Position numbers and translations under genes: made by a program | In this document: in pieces, positions 16,165 through 25,389 of the stretch | How the letters are laid out: the number at the start of each line of letters is the position of its first letter | How positions within the stretch are numbered: the stretch's first letter is position 1 | The notes under the pieces: generated by a model | The model's input: only the letters and a program-made list of their open reading frames with translations | Database searches by the model: none | Told to the model about the DNA's origin: nothing | Assembly: GCF_000017845.1 (NCBI RefSeq) | Contig: NC_010546.1 | Span: 2,250,001-2,282,000, forward strand | Direction: 5' to 3' | From: Crocosphaera subtropica ATCC 51142 | GTDB taxonomy: Bacteria > Cyanobacteriota > Cyanobacteriia > Cyanobacteriales > Microcystaceae | DNA length: 32,000 bases

Positions 16165-17523
16165 TCATCTCATCATTTCTTCAATGTTTTCTGCTTGAGT
16201 GGGTAAATTTTGGGTTAATATTTCTGTTCCTGTTTCTGTGACTAAAATATCGTCTTCTATACGAATTCCTCGAACGTCAGACAATTGTTTTAATTTGTCC
16301 CAATTAATGTCTTGGTCATATTTCTCTTTAAATTGAGGATGATTTAAAATAGCAGGGACTTGATAAAATCCAGGTTCAATGGTAACTACCATACCAGCTT
16401 TTAAAGGACGATCTAACCTTAAATATCCTAACCCAAAGCGATCGCTTCTGGTTCTTCCCTCTTCGTATCCTGCTAAGTCTCCTAAGTCTTCCATATCGTG
16501 AACATCTAATCCTAATAAATGACCAATTCCATGAGGGAAAAATATGGCATGAGCGTCTTTTTCTACTAAAGTCTCAGGATCACCTTTTAAAATGCCTAAA
16601 TTGACTAAACCTTCAGCCATTATTTTAGCTCCTAATAGATGAATCTCTCGATATTCTACCCCTGGTTTGATGGCTTCAATACAAGTATCATGAGCAGCCA
16701 AAACAACATCATAAATATCTCTTTGAGAGCTAGAAAAATGACCATTCACTGGCCAAGTTCTTGTAATATCTGAAGCCCATCCTAAAGCCGTTTCTGCTCC
16801 CACGTCTGCTAATAATAAATCTCCTGATTTTAATGAATTATGATAAGTTTCATTATGCAAAATTTCACCATTAATAGTAACAATACTGTTATATGCACAA
16901 ATCATATTTTTACTAATTATATAGCTTTCCATTACCGCTCTAACTTCTGCTTCTGTAGAACATTTTTTAGTTGATTTTATACCAATTTTATGAGCTTCTA
17001 CAGAAACATTAACCGCTTTTCTTATTTCCTTTAAAGCTGTCTCATCATGGGTTAATCTTAAACTAATAATGGCTTTCATTAATTGATTATCAATCTCTTT
17101 TGATGCTTTATTAATAGATAGGGAACGCTGCAACATTTTCTGTTGTTTTTCATAGGTAAAAATATCTTGAACGGGAATCGTCGCAACATCATCTATTTGA
17201 TCTTTTAAGACTTCCATTGGATAGGCACTATTGGCTCCTATTTCTCTTGCAATATCCTCTCTTGTGGGCATTTCTCCATGCCATAGGGTACTATCAGGAG
17301 AAGGATTATCCATGAATAAGTCTAATTTACCATTCTCTAGTTTTATTGCTGCATTTTCTATAGGAATTCCTGCAAAATAGAGAAAATGACTACTTGCACG
17401 AAAAGGATAATGATTCGCTTTGAAATTTTTAGAGGGTGATTTTCCTGACCATAAGACTACAGGAAAGTTGATCAAATTAGCTAGTTTTTGTCTACGATTT
17501 TTTAAGGTATTAATATTAATCAT
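16165..17523 (-). CDS. pepP: Xaa-Pro aminopeptidase (peptidase M24B, PepP-like)
   Basis: 452 aa. The metal-ligand contexts LLADVGAE, WASDITRTW, HGIGHLLGLDVHD, VVTIEPGFY and GIRIEDDILVT are typical of M24B. Confidence 0.88.
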   Translation of the reverse strand: MININTLKNRRQKLANLINFPVVLWSGKSPSKNFKANHYPFRASSHFLYFAGIPIENAAIKLENGKLDLFMDNPSPDSTLWHGEMPTREDIAREIGANSAYPMEVLKDQIDDVATIPVQDIFTYEKQQKMLQRSLSINKASKEIDNQLMKAIISLRLTHDETALKEIRKAVNVSVEAHKIGIKSTKKCSTEAEVRAVMESYIISKNMICAYNSIVTINGEILHNETYHNSLKSGDLLLADVGAETALGWASDITRTWPVNGHFSSSQRDIYDVVLAAHDTCIEAIKPGVEYREIHLLGAKIMAEGLVNLGILKGDPETLVEKDAHAIFFPHGIGHLLGLDVHDMEDLGDLAGYEEGRTRSDRFGLGYLRLDRPLKAGMVVTIEPGFYQVPAILNHPQFKEKYDQDINWDKLKQLSDVRGIRIEDDILVTETGTEILTQNLPTQAENIEEMMR

Positions 17524-17663
17524 CTTGTTTGATTTCTAATGTTTATCTACTATAGCGTTTCTCGGACTCACAGCAATTTTCAATTGAGTAGAAAATGTAG
17601 GAATCTAACTCCTACTCCCTGCCTCAAAGCGATAACCTCTGGACTTCACAGGGATGAGAACTT

Positions 17664-18650
17664 TTATATATCAACATTTCCCTGAGAGAAGATTTGACTA
17701 ACCACTTCTTCTATAGGAGGTTCGGTAACATTGAGATCATTGACTTCTAATTGAGCTAAAATTTTAGCTATAGTTTCTGTTAGGTTTTCTTGTTTCACTA
17801 AAAATCTAACTTCTTGACCTTTTACTGTTTCGACTTGTCCATAATGAGCTAGTTTTTCTGATGATAAAGGAGAAGATAATTCAACATTTACCTCTTTATA
17901 GGGCGTGAATTTTTCAACTAACTTCTCTAAGTTACCATCATAAATTAATTGTCCCTCATGAATCAATAAAACTCTTTCACACAAGGCCGTAATATCAGCC
18001 ATATAATGACTGGTTAATAAAATAGTGGCTTCATACCTTTTATTATACTCTTTTAAAAACGAACGAATTGCAGCTTGAGAATTAACGTCTAACCCTAATG
18101 TGGGTTCATCTAAAAATAAAACTTGGGGATGATGTAACAAAGCAGCTAATAATTCTGCTTTCATTCTTTGTCCCAATGATAATTTACGAACCGGTTGGGT
18201 TAATTGTTCTTTGATAGACAACATTTCTGCTAATTCTTGCAGTCTTTTATGAAAAATATTGTCAGGAATTTCATAGACAGCAGCATTAATTTTCAAAGAA
18301 TCTAAAGCCGGTAAATCCCATAATAATTGCTGTTTCTGTCCCATAATTAAACTCATCTGTTTTAAGAATTTAGGATGACGTTTAAAAGGAGTATAACCGA
18401 CTATTTTTACTTCACCCGTTGAAGGATGAATTAACCCGGTTAACATTTTTAATGTGGTGGTTTTTCCTGCACCATTAGCCCCTAAAAACCCAACAATTTC
18501 ACCACTATTAATCGTAAAGGAGACATCTTTAACAGCGATAACATCTCGATAAGTACGCCTAAAAAAATGATTAAGTGTTCCTTGTAATCCAGGCTTTTTT
18601 AACGAAACTTTATAGATTTTACTAAGGTTTTTGACATCAATAACAGACAT
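17664..18650 (-). CDS. ABC transporter ATP-binding protein (ABC-2/CcmA-like) with a C-terminal extension of about 100 aa
   Basis: Walker A is GANGAGKTTTLK, the signature is LSLGQRMK, Walker B is LFLDEPTLGLD and the H-loop is TSHYM. No permease gene is adjacent. Confidence 0.9.
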   Translation of the reverse strand: MSVIDVKNLSKIYKVSLKKPGLQGTLNHFFRRTYRDVIAVKDVSFTINSGEIVGFLGANGAGKTTTLKMLTGLIHPSTGEVKIVGYTPFKRHPKFLKQMSLIMGQKQQLLWDLPALDSLKINAAVYEIPDNIFHKRLQELAEMLSIKEQLTQPVRKLSLGQRMKAELLAALLHHPQVLFLDEPTLGLDVNSQAAIRSFLKEYNKRYEATILLTSHYMADITALCERVLLIHEGQLIYDGNLEKLVEKFTPYKEVNVELSSPLSSEKLAHYGQVETVKGQEVRFLVKQENLTETIAKILAQLEVNDLNVTEPPIEEVVSQIFSQGNVDI

Positions 18651-18790
18651 AATAATTAATGTTTTTTATTTTTATACCCAATTGAAGTATAAACCAAAAA
18701 CTGATGCAATACTAATTAATGGTTTAAATAGTTGCTATTTTTTACTTCCTAAAAAACAATGATTCTGACATAATTGATAGTGATTAATTG

Positions 18791-19798
18791 TTAACGATTA
18801 ATTGAATTAGTCTCAACATATCCATTATTGGTAAACCAAGTAATAGCATCTTGTAACGCATTTTCAATGGGAGAAGATGGCAAGCCTAACTCATTAATCG
18901 CTTTAGATGGATCGTAATACATAGGTTGTTTAGACATTTTGACCCCATCAATAGGAATTGACGGTTTTTTACCCAAAGGAGATAATAACGTTTCTTCTAC
19001 CCAAGCCACGGTTAAAGGTAACCAAAGGGGTAAGGTTTGTTGAGGGGCTTTTAACCCTGTTAGTAGGGATAATTCCTCTAATAAGGCTTTTAAACTGAGG
19101 TTTTTGTTACCTAAAATATACCGTTCCCCCGTCTTCCCTTTTTCTAAGGCTAACAGATGACCTTGCGCTACGTCTCGCACATCAATAAGATTTAACCCAG
19201 TATTGACATAAGCTGGCATTTGACGACGTAAAAAACGTAAAATAATGTCTCCTGTGGGAGTGGGTTTAATATCGAGTGGTCCAATGGGGGTACTGGGATT
19301 AACGATAACAATATCTTGCCCATTGATGATGGCTTTTTTAGCTTCTTGTTCAGCCCAATATTTTGATTTTTTGTAATGTCCAACCAATTCATTAACAGGA
19401 CTTTGATGGCTTTCGTTAACGATTTGTCCTGGTTTTCCCACACCGATCGCAGCAACGGAACTGGTGTAAATAATGCGTTCAATATTCGCTTGTTTAGCTG
19501 CGTTTAAAATAGAACGAGTTCCTAACACATTACTCTCATATAATTTATCTTGATCAGACTGATATAAAGAATAGTGTGCAGCCACATGAAATAGCACATG
19601 GCATCCTCTTATTTTTTCCACTAAATTGATATCGTTGAGATCCCCTTTAATAATTTCGAGGTCTAATTCTTTGAGGTTATCTAAATTACTTTGAGGGCGA
19701 ACTAAAGCCCGCACTTCATAGCCTTCTTTTAATAAGAGTCTAACTAAGTTTGCGCCAATAAATCCGGTTCCTCCAGTAACAAAGGCTTTGATGGTCAT
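18791..19798 (-). CDS. NAD(P)-dependent epimerase/dehydratase-family SDR (HpnA / dihydroflavonol-4-reductase-like)
   Basis: 335 aa. The Rossmann motif is VTGGTGFIGANLV and the catalytic YxxxK is HYKKSKYWAE. The overall length and pattern fit extended SDRs. Confidence 0.8.
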   Translation of the reverse strand: MTIKAFVTGGTGFIGANLVRLLLKEGYEVRALVRPQSNLDNLKELDLEIIKGDLNDINLVEKIRGCHVLFHVAAHYSLYQSDQDKLYESNVLGTRSILNAAKQANIERIIYTSSVAAIGVGKPGQIVNESHQSPVNELVGHYKKSKYWAEQEAKKAIINGQDIVIVNPSTPIGPLDIKPTPTGDIILRFLRRQMPAYVNTGLNLIDVRDVAQGHLLALEKGKTGERYILGNKNLSLKALLEELSLLTGLKAPQQTLPLWLPLTVAWVEETLLSPLGKKPSIPIDGVKMSKQPMYYDPSKAINELGLPSSPIENALQDAITWFTNNGYVETNSINR

Positions 19799-20017
19799 AA
19801 TTGATTGCTGGATTACATCTTGGTTAAAAATATAGATAATTTTAGCATTGTTCTTTTGAAATATCTTCTATAACTGACATCTTGCCCCAGTACATAAAAA
19901 TTCAAAAATAAACTAGAAACAATCTATTCTCAAGTAGTTACAGTTTAAAAAAACTGTTTTCTCCCAGAACTGTGTAATTAATTTTCTCTGACTACTTATT
20001 TATTCATTATTAATCAA

Positions 20018-23000
20018 TCAAGACCATTTTTCTAATAAATTGACTAAGTTTTCCATGATGATAGGTTTACTTAAATAGTCATCCATGCCAGCGTCTAAAC
20101 ACTTCTGGCGATCGCCTTCCATTGCATGAGCAGTGATCCCGATTACCACTGTATGATTGCTTGCCCCTTCTCGCTGGCGAAAACGCTGTATAGCCTCGTA
20201 ACCGTCTAATATGGGCATCTGACAGTCTAAAAAAACAAGATCATACTCCTGTTCCTCTGTTTGATCGAGAAATTCTTGACCATTGGTCACCCAGTCAGCC
20301 TGATAACCCAAATTTTCCAGCAACATCAACATCAGAAAGCGATTATCTTCATAATCTTCCACCAGTAAAATTTTCAAAGCAGTCGGCGCAGTGGCCTGTC
20401 GTTCTGGATCGGGATTGTTGGTTTCCGCCGTTTCAGGAAGACGGATACCATCACCCAGAGCAAAGGGTATTTTTACCCAAAAGGTGGAACCTTTCCCCAC
20501 CCTGCTATCTAAGCCAATTTCTCCCTTCATGCTTTGAACAATACGGCGACAAATGGTCAACCCTAACCCTGTACCACCAAATTGACGGGTAGTGGAGGTG
20601 TCGGCCTGGACAAAAGGCTGAAACAAACTGTCTTGTTTGGTCGGGTCAATTCCAATGCCCGTATCTTGTACGGTAAAGTATAATGTCACAGGAGAAGACT
20701 GAGAAACTGTGTCATTAGGGAGGGTTGCGGTAACGGTTACCTGACCCGAAAACGTGAACTTAATGGCGTTACTAATGAGATTACTGAATACTTGCTGCAA
20801 GCGAAAGTCATCTCCCATCAAGACATCGGGAACCTCTGAGGCAATAGTAAAGGTGAGGCCAATTGCTTTGCTTTGTGCTTGCGGGGTAAAGGTGTGAGAA
20901 AGCTCTTGGAACATCTGGTTAAGGTGAAAGGGGCGATGCTCAAGCTCAAGAGTACGGGATTCTAGCTTCGATAGGGATAAAATCTTGTTAATGAGATTTA
21001 ACAGGTGATTGCTATTATTGTTCAGGGTTTGCAGCAATTTTTTCTGCTGGGTATCGAGGTTAGTTCCTTCTAGCAGTTGGCTGACCAACATAATCGAGTT
21101 GATGGGGGTACGAATTTCATGGCTCATATTGGCCAGAAACTCGCTTTTGGCTTGATTGGCCGAGTCAGCCACTTGAGCCACGGCGATCGCTTCTTCGAGG
21201 GCTTTGTTTCGGCGTACCAGTTCTTGTTCGATGCGTTTACGCTCGGTAATATCCATCACAGTGCCATAGAACTTGAGAATCTGACCATCTTTATCCCGAA
21301 TCACTTGACCGATCACGTTAAGACAGTGTACTTCTTGCTCAGAAACGTTAAGTTCAACATCTAAACTGAAGGGGATACCATCAAAGATCAATAGTTGAAA
21401 AGCGTTCTCCAGTGCCTTGCGGTCTGCAGGGGGATGACAGTGTAGGATATCTTCTAAGCTAAAGCAAGATTGTTGGGGATCAAATTGGTAAATGTCAGAG
21501 AGTTCCTTTGAACAGTCAGGTTGTGCTGTCTCTAGGGTAAGATTGTCCTCGTGTTTCAGTTCCCAATTGCCCACTTTGGCCAATCGTTGCGCTTCTTGTA
21601 ATCGAGCCTGACTATGGCGTAGGGCTTCTTCGGCCTGGACTCGTTGCGTAATCTCAACGACAACCGCCCCAACCCCCCGACCATCATTGAGAAAATCAAC
21701 GGGATAATAACTGGCTATCCAACAGCGTTCAATCTCTGAGGTGGCAGGCATTTTCCCTCTCACTTCAATGTTGCAAATGGCTTCCCCTGTGTCGATCACC
21801 TGTCGTAAAATCCCTTCAAGATACTCTGCTAACTGAGGGGCAATGTCATACAGGGTTTTTCCCAGATGTCCCTCAATAGAAATACCATTTATTCGAGCGA
21901 GGGCTGGATTAACCCGAATAAATTTTAACCCTTGGTCAAACAAGCAAAGTCCGGCTGGACTAGCTTCGTAGAGATTTTCGAGAAGTAGGTTAGTCTGTTT
22001 TAGATGTTGTTGCACTTGCTTTAGCTCATTCACCTGCACAAAGGTCATAACGATGCCGTCACTGTCTTTGTCGTCCTGGAGATAGGGATGAACTCGCATC
22101 AATACATACTCATCGGATGGGGCAATGGCCACTTCCTGTTCGTAGGGTTCCTCGGTTCTTGCCACTTGCTGCACAATGTTGATCAAGTTGGGACAATGGA
22201 GGTTGTTGGTTAAGTCCGTGAGGGGACGGCCGACATCGGAAGGCTTGATGTTAACAGCCCGTATCGCTGCTGGGGTGAACTTGCGAATATTGAATTGTCT
22301 ATCGAGAAAAATGACACCGATGTCGGTACTTCGCAGTAAGTTATCAATATCGGTGTTCAGTTGAGTTAGCTCTTGAATTTTGGACTGATGTTCAGCGTTG
22401 ACTGTATATAGTTCTTCGTTGACTGATTGTAGTTCTTCGTTGGTACTTTGCAACTCTTCGTTAGAGGCGAGAAGTTCTTCGTTGGTGGCCTGTTGTTCTT
22501 TGTTGGCGGTTTCGAGTTCTTCGATAGTGACTTGCAAATTTTCACGGGTTTGCTGGAGTTCCTGTTCTAACTCACTAATTTGTTGGGCTGCTTCTTCTCC
22601 TACATCAAATCTCGACGGCTGTACTGAAGCAGTAGGGGAAGTTTCTATTTCAAACACCACCAAAATTTGCTCTTTATCACCACCATTCTTGTTGGGAGTA
22701 ACTCGCAGGGTAACGTTCAATGGTTCCCCTTTTTTTTCTATCTTAATGCCGGTGTATAGTGCCAACTCTTCGTTACGACGACGGGTTCGATGGAGGGCGG
22801 TACTCAGCGGTAACTTTAGGGCCGGATGGACTTGCTCAACTACGTCAAGACTCATTACGCCCAGGGAATGCTCTAGGAGTTGGGCTGAGTTATGAAAAAT
22901 CTGCACCAATTTGTTGTCAGCGCCCACTAACAAAGCCGTAATTTGACGATCATCTAAACAGAGTTTGAGTAATCCGGCTAAGATAGTATCAAATCGTTGC

Positions 23001-24511
23001 TGACGAGTCTTGGTAGAGACAGAAGATTTGATGGTTGAGGGAAGGGAAGGCCGAGTAATCATCAGAGAAGACAGAGATGACTCTCGCCGTTTTTGAAAAA
23101 TTTTCCACTTGGCACTAATGGGAGTAAATTCGTCCCTCATATTACCTAGGGTTTCAGAAGTCCCTAACATTAGGGTTCCTTGGGGCTTGAGGGCAAAGTG
23201 TAGCAGTCGCAACACCTGATACTGTAGTGGAGACTGCATATAAATGAGAACATTCCGACAACTGACCAGGTGAATTTTGGAGAAACCTGCATTTTTTGTG
23301 AGGTCTTGGGGGGCAATGATCAGCATTTCTCGCAGGGATGGTTTGACACGATATTGGTTTCCTTGATCCTCGAAGTAACGTTTTAGGCGTTCCGGGGAAA
23401 TATCATTGCCAATAGTATCGGGATAGGTTCCCTCAGCAGCAACTTCTAGGGCTTTGCTATCGAGATCCGTGGCAAAAATCTTCACCTGAACTGTCTTGTC
23501 GATGGTTTGCAGGAGTTCATCGACAATGATGGCCATTGAATAGGCTTCTTCTCCTGTGGCACAAGCTGAAATCCAGATACGAAGTTGTTCGTCTGGCTTT
23601 AATTTGCCAATTTGCTCCGGTAACACTTGCTCTTTGAGCAGTTCCCAAACTTGAGGATCTCGAAAAAAGCAGGTTGCACCAATTAATAAGTCTTGTCGTA
23701 GTAGCTTTTGCTCTTGTTCAGAGGTTTCTAATCGTTCGATATATTGAGTAATGTTTTCTTGGCGAGTCAGGGCGCAACGATGAAGAATACGACGACTCAG
23801 GGTACTCACTTTGTAGTGGGAAAAATCGATGTCTTCTTTTTCGGCTAAAATTTCTAGAATTTCTTGGAGTTGGTTGGGATCAATAAGATTCTCGTCTTGC
23901 AAGCTGGCGGTGGGAAAGTTATCGGAAAAGCGAATCAGTTCATAGACGGTCTGGGCAAGATCCTGGGGTGAGAGAATTTCATCCACTAAACCCGAAGGAA
24001 TGGCACTGGAGGGCATACTGGTAAACTGTGCCGTTTCTGGGGACTGAACCAAGGCGATGCCACCGGCACGACTGACGGACTGTAGTCCCTCGGTGCCGTC
24101 GTGGCCAGTTCCTGAGAGCAAAATGGCGATCATTCGCTCCCCCCAACCATCCACCAGGGACTGAAAAAAGCGATCGATGATGTTTCGTGGTGAATTGGGC
24201 GGTTCTTCTAATAAACGCAGCCGTCGGTCTTCGAGTATCAGGGTTCTGCGAGGGGGTAGTACATAGACTTTCGCTGGTTCAAGTAGGATGTGATCTTGTA
24301 CTTGCTCGACGGGTAGGGTGGTTTGCCGTTGTAAAATTTCTGTCATCATGCTGCGGTGATTGGGGGATAGGTGCTGCACTACCACAAACGCCCCATTAGG
24401 ATTATCAGGCAAACTATTAAAAAAAGATTCTAATGCCTGTACTCCACCGGCTGAGGCACCAATACCAATAATATAAAACTTTTCATTTTCAGGTTTTGCT
24501 AATGATGACAT
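20018..24511 (-). CDS. multidomain signalling protein: CheB-type methylesterase + CheR-type methyltransferase + NEEL coiled coil + PAS domains + histidine kinase + receiver
   Basis: CheB-like motifs are [15 protein letters not shown] and GTGHDGTEG. The CheR SAM motif is [17 protein letters not shown] heptad run follows ([27 protein letters not shown]). Kinase motifs are the H-box [14 protein letters not shown], the N-box [16 protein letters not shown] and GGTGLGL. The receiver has [25 protein letters not shown] and LSKP. I prefer ATG 24511 (MSSLAKP); the ORF-track start at 24517 is a TTG two codons upstream. Confidence 0.93.
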   Translation of the reverse strand: MSSLAKPENEKFYIIGIGASAGGVQALESFFNSLPDNPNGAFVVVQHLSPNHRSMMTEILQRQTTLPVEQVQDHILLEPAKVYVLPPRRTLILEDRRLRLLEEPPNSPRNIIDRFFQSLVDGWGERMIAILLSGTGHDGTEGLQSVSRAGGIALVQSPETAQFTSMPSSAIPSGLVDEILSPQDLAQTVYELIRFSDNFPTASLQDENLIDPNQLQEILEILAEKEDIDFSHYKVSTLSRRILHRCALTRQENITQYIERLETSEQEQKLLRQDLLIGATCFFRDPQVWELLKEQVLPEQIGKLKPDEQLRIWISACATGEEAYSMAIIVDELLQTIDKTVQVKIFATDLDSKALEVAAEGTYPDTIGNDISPERLKRYFEDQGNQYRVKPSLREMLIIAPQDLTKNAGFSKIHLVSCRNVLIYMQSPLQYQVLRLLHFALKPQGTLMLGTSETLGNMRDEFTPISAKWKIFQKRRESSLSSLMITRPSLPSTIKSSVSTKTRQQRFDTILAGLLKLCLDDRQITALLVGADNKLVQIFHNSAQLLEHSLGVMSLDVVEQVHPALKLPLSTALHRTRRRNEELALYTGIKIEKKGEPLNVTLRVTPNKNGGDKEQILVVFEIETSPTASVQPSRFDVGEEAAQQISELEQELQQTRENLQVTIEELETANKEQQATNEELLASNEELQSTNEELQSVNEELYTVNAEHQSKIQELTQLNTDIDNLLRSTDIGVIFLDRQFNIRKFTPAAIRAVNIKPSDVGRPLTDLTNNLHCPNLINIVQQVARTEEPYEQEVAIAPSDEYVLMRVHPYLQDDKDSDGIVMTFVQVNELKQVQQHLKQTNLLLENLYEASPAGLCLFDQGLKFIRVNPALARINGISIEGHLGKTLYDIAPQLAEYLEGILRQVIDTGEAICNIEVRGKMPATSEIERCWIASYYPVDFLNDGRGVGAVVVEITQRVQAEEALRHSQARLQEAQRLAKVGNWELKHEDNLTLETAQPDCSKELSDIYQFDPQQSCFSLEDILHCHPPADRKALENAFQLLIFDGIPFSLDVELNVSEQEVHCLNVIGQVIRDKDGQILKFYGTVMDITERKRIEQELVRRNKALEEAIAVAQVADSANQAKSEFLANMSHEIRTPINSIMLVSQLLEGTNLDTQQKKLLQTLNNNSNHLLNLINKILSLSKLESRTLELEHRPFHLNQMFQELSHTFTPQAQSKAIGLTFTIASEVPDVLMGDDFRLQQVFSNLISNAIKFTFSGQVTVTATLPNDTVSQSSPVTLYFTVQDTGIGIDPTKQDSLFQPFVQADTSTTRQFGGTGLGLTICRRIVQSMKGEIGLDSRVGKGSTFWVKIPFALGDGIRLPETAETNNPDPERQATAPTALKILLVEDYEDNRFLMLMLLENLGYQADWVTNGQEFLDQTEEQEYDLVFLDCQMPILDGYEAIQRFRQREGASNHTVVIGITAHAMEGDRQKCLDAGMDDYLSKPIIMENLVNLLEKWS
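22411..22530. repeat. six tandem degenerate 21-nt units inside the kinase gene (encode the NEEL heptads)
   Basis: The plus-strand core gttcttcgtt or close variants start at 22411, 22432, 22453, 22474, 22495 and 22516, giving an exact 21-nt period. Confidence 0.85.
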
Positions 24512-25389
24512 GGGCAAATTTAATAGGTATTTTGAGCAGTTAGTTGTTAATGGGAATTAGTCATTTTGAAACAATCTAAATATGAATTAAGGTCTTGTTG
24601 ATAGATTTTTTTAGCTCAAGGTATTGTTAGATTGACTGACTGATAAATGCAAAAAATCCTTAGACAATAAATATTAATATAGATATTTTAGTTTTACTAA
24701 GGTCACTTAACTACATGGGATTTTCTTATTTTAACTAAAATTTTAAAAAATTGAAACACATCAAAAAACACATAACTAAGCTCAAACAGACTCTTTAATT
24801 ATGTATAGTTTTTGCATTACAGTAGCATTACATTATCAAAAAATATTGGATTATCTAGAAGTAAAAACGTTGTAGATGGTCTGAAGTTTCACCTCTAGAT
24901 AGATGACAGACTGACCAAAATTTTGCCAAGTGTATTATTAATAAATAATTAAACTTTCATCGAAGCGATCACACAATTAATCACCCCCCCAACTCTTGAA
25001 TCCGAGGGGATAATTTTTCGGTTAGATTGAGCAGAATAATATTATGTTCCTACAATAGAATGTATATCAAGCAGGATATTATTGGGATTTTTTACGACTC
25101 TTCAGGCGATCGCCTCTTCTTCATAGGACATTAAACTTAAAAATTGCTGTCTTTTTATTTTTAGATATAACTAGACTAACATACCCTAACACTATTCAAT
25201 ATGATATAAAAAAGTAGTATGGTCTGTCAAGCCCATTCTCTCGTTACTTAATGATAATTTTTAGCAATAATTCTGTGGTAGTATTGAACCGTTTTAAGTT
25301 TGTTTCGTATAAAAAACTACTCTTTTTTTGTGAATCGTCTCAAAAGCTTGGTATTAAAAATACAAATATAATACAAATTAAAAAATAAT

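Noticed and set aside
22398-22895. 165-aa Ser/Cys/Leu-rich plus-strand ORF, plus neighbours 22176-22364, 22759-22941, 21077-21364 and 24187-24399
   Set aside because: All lie antisense inside the 1497-aa kinase gene. The low-complexity composition is what the reverse complement of E/L/Q/N-rich coiled-coil codons produces.
25251-25388. 45-codon plus-strand ORF (MIIFSNNSVVVLNRFKF...) in the long AT-rich spacer
   Set aside because: It has Lys/Asn/Ile-rich low-complexity composition typical of translated AT-rich non-coding DNA. It has no SD and runs into the convergent gene end.
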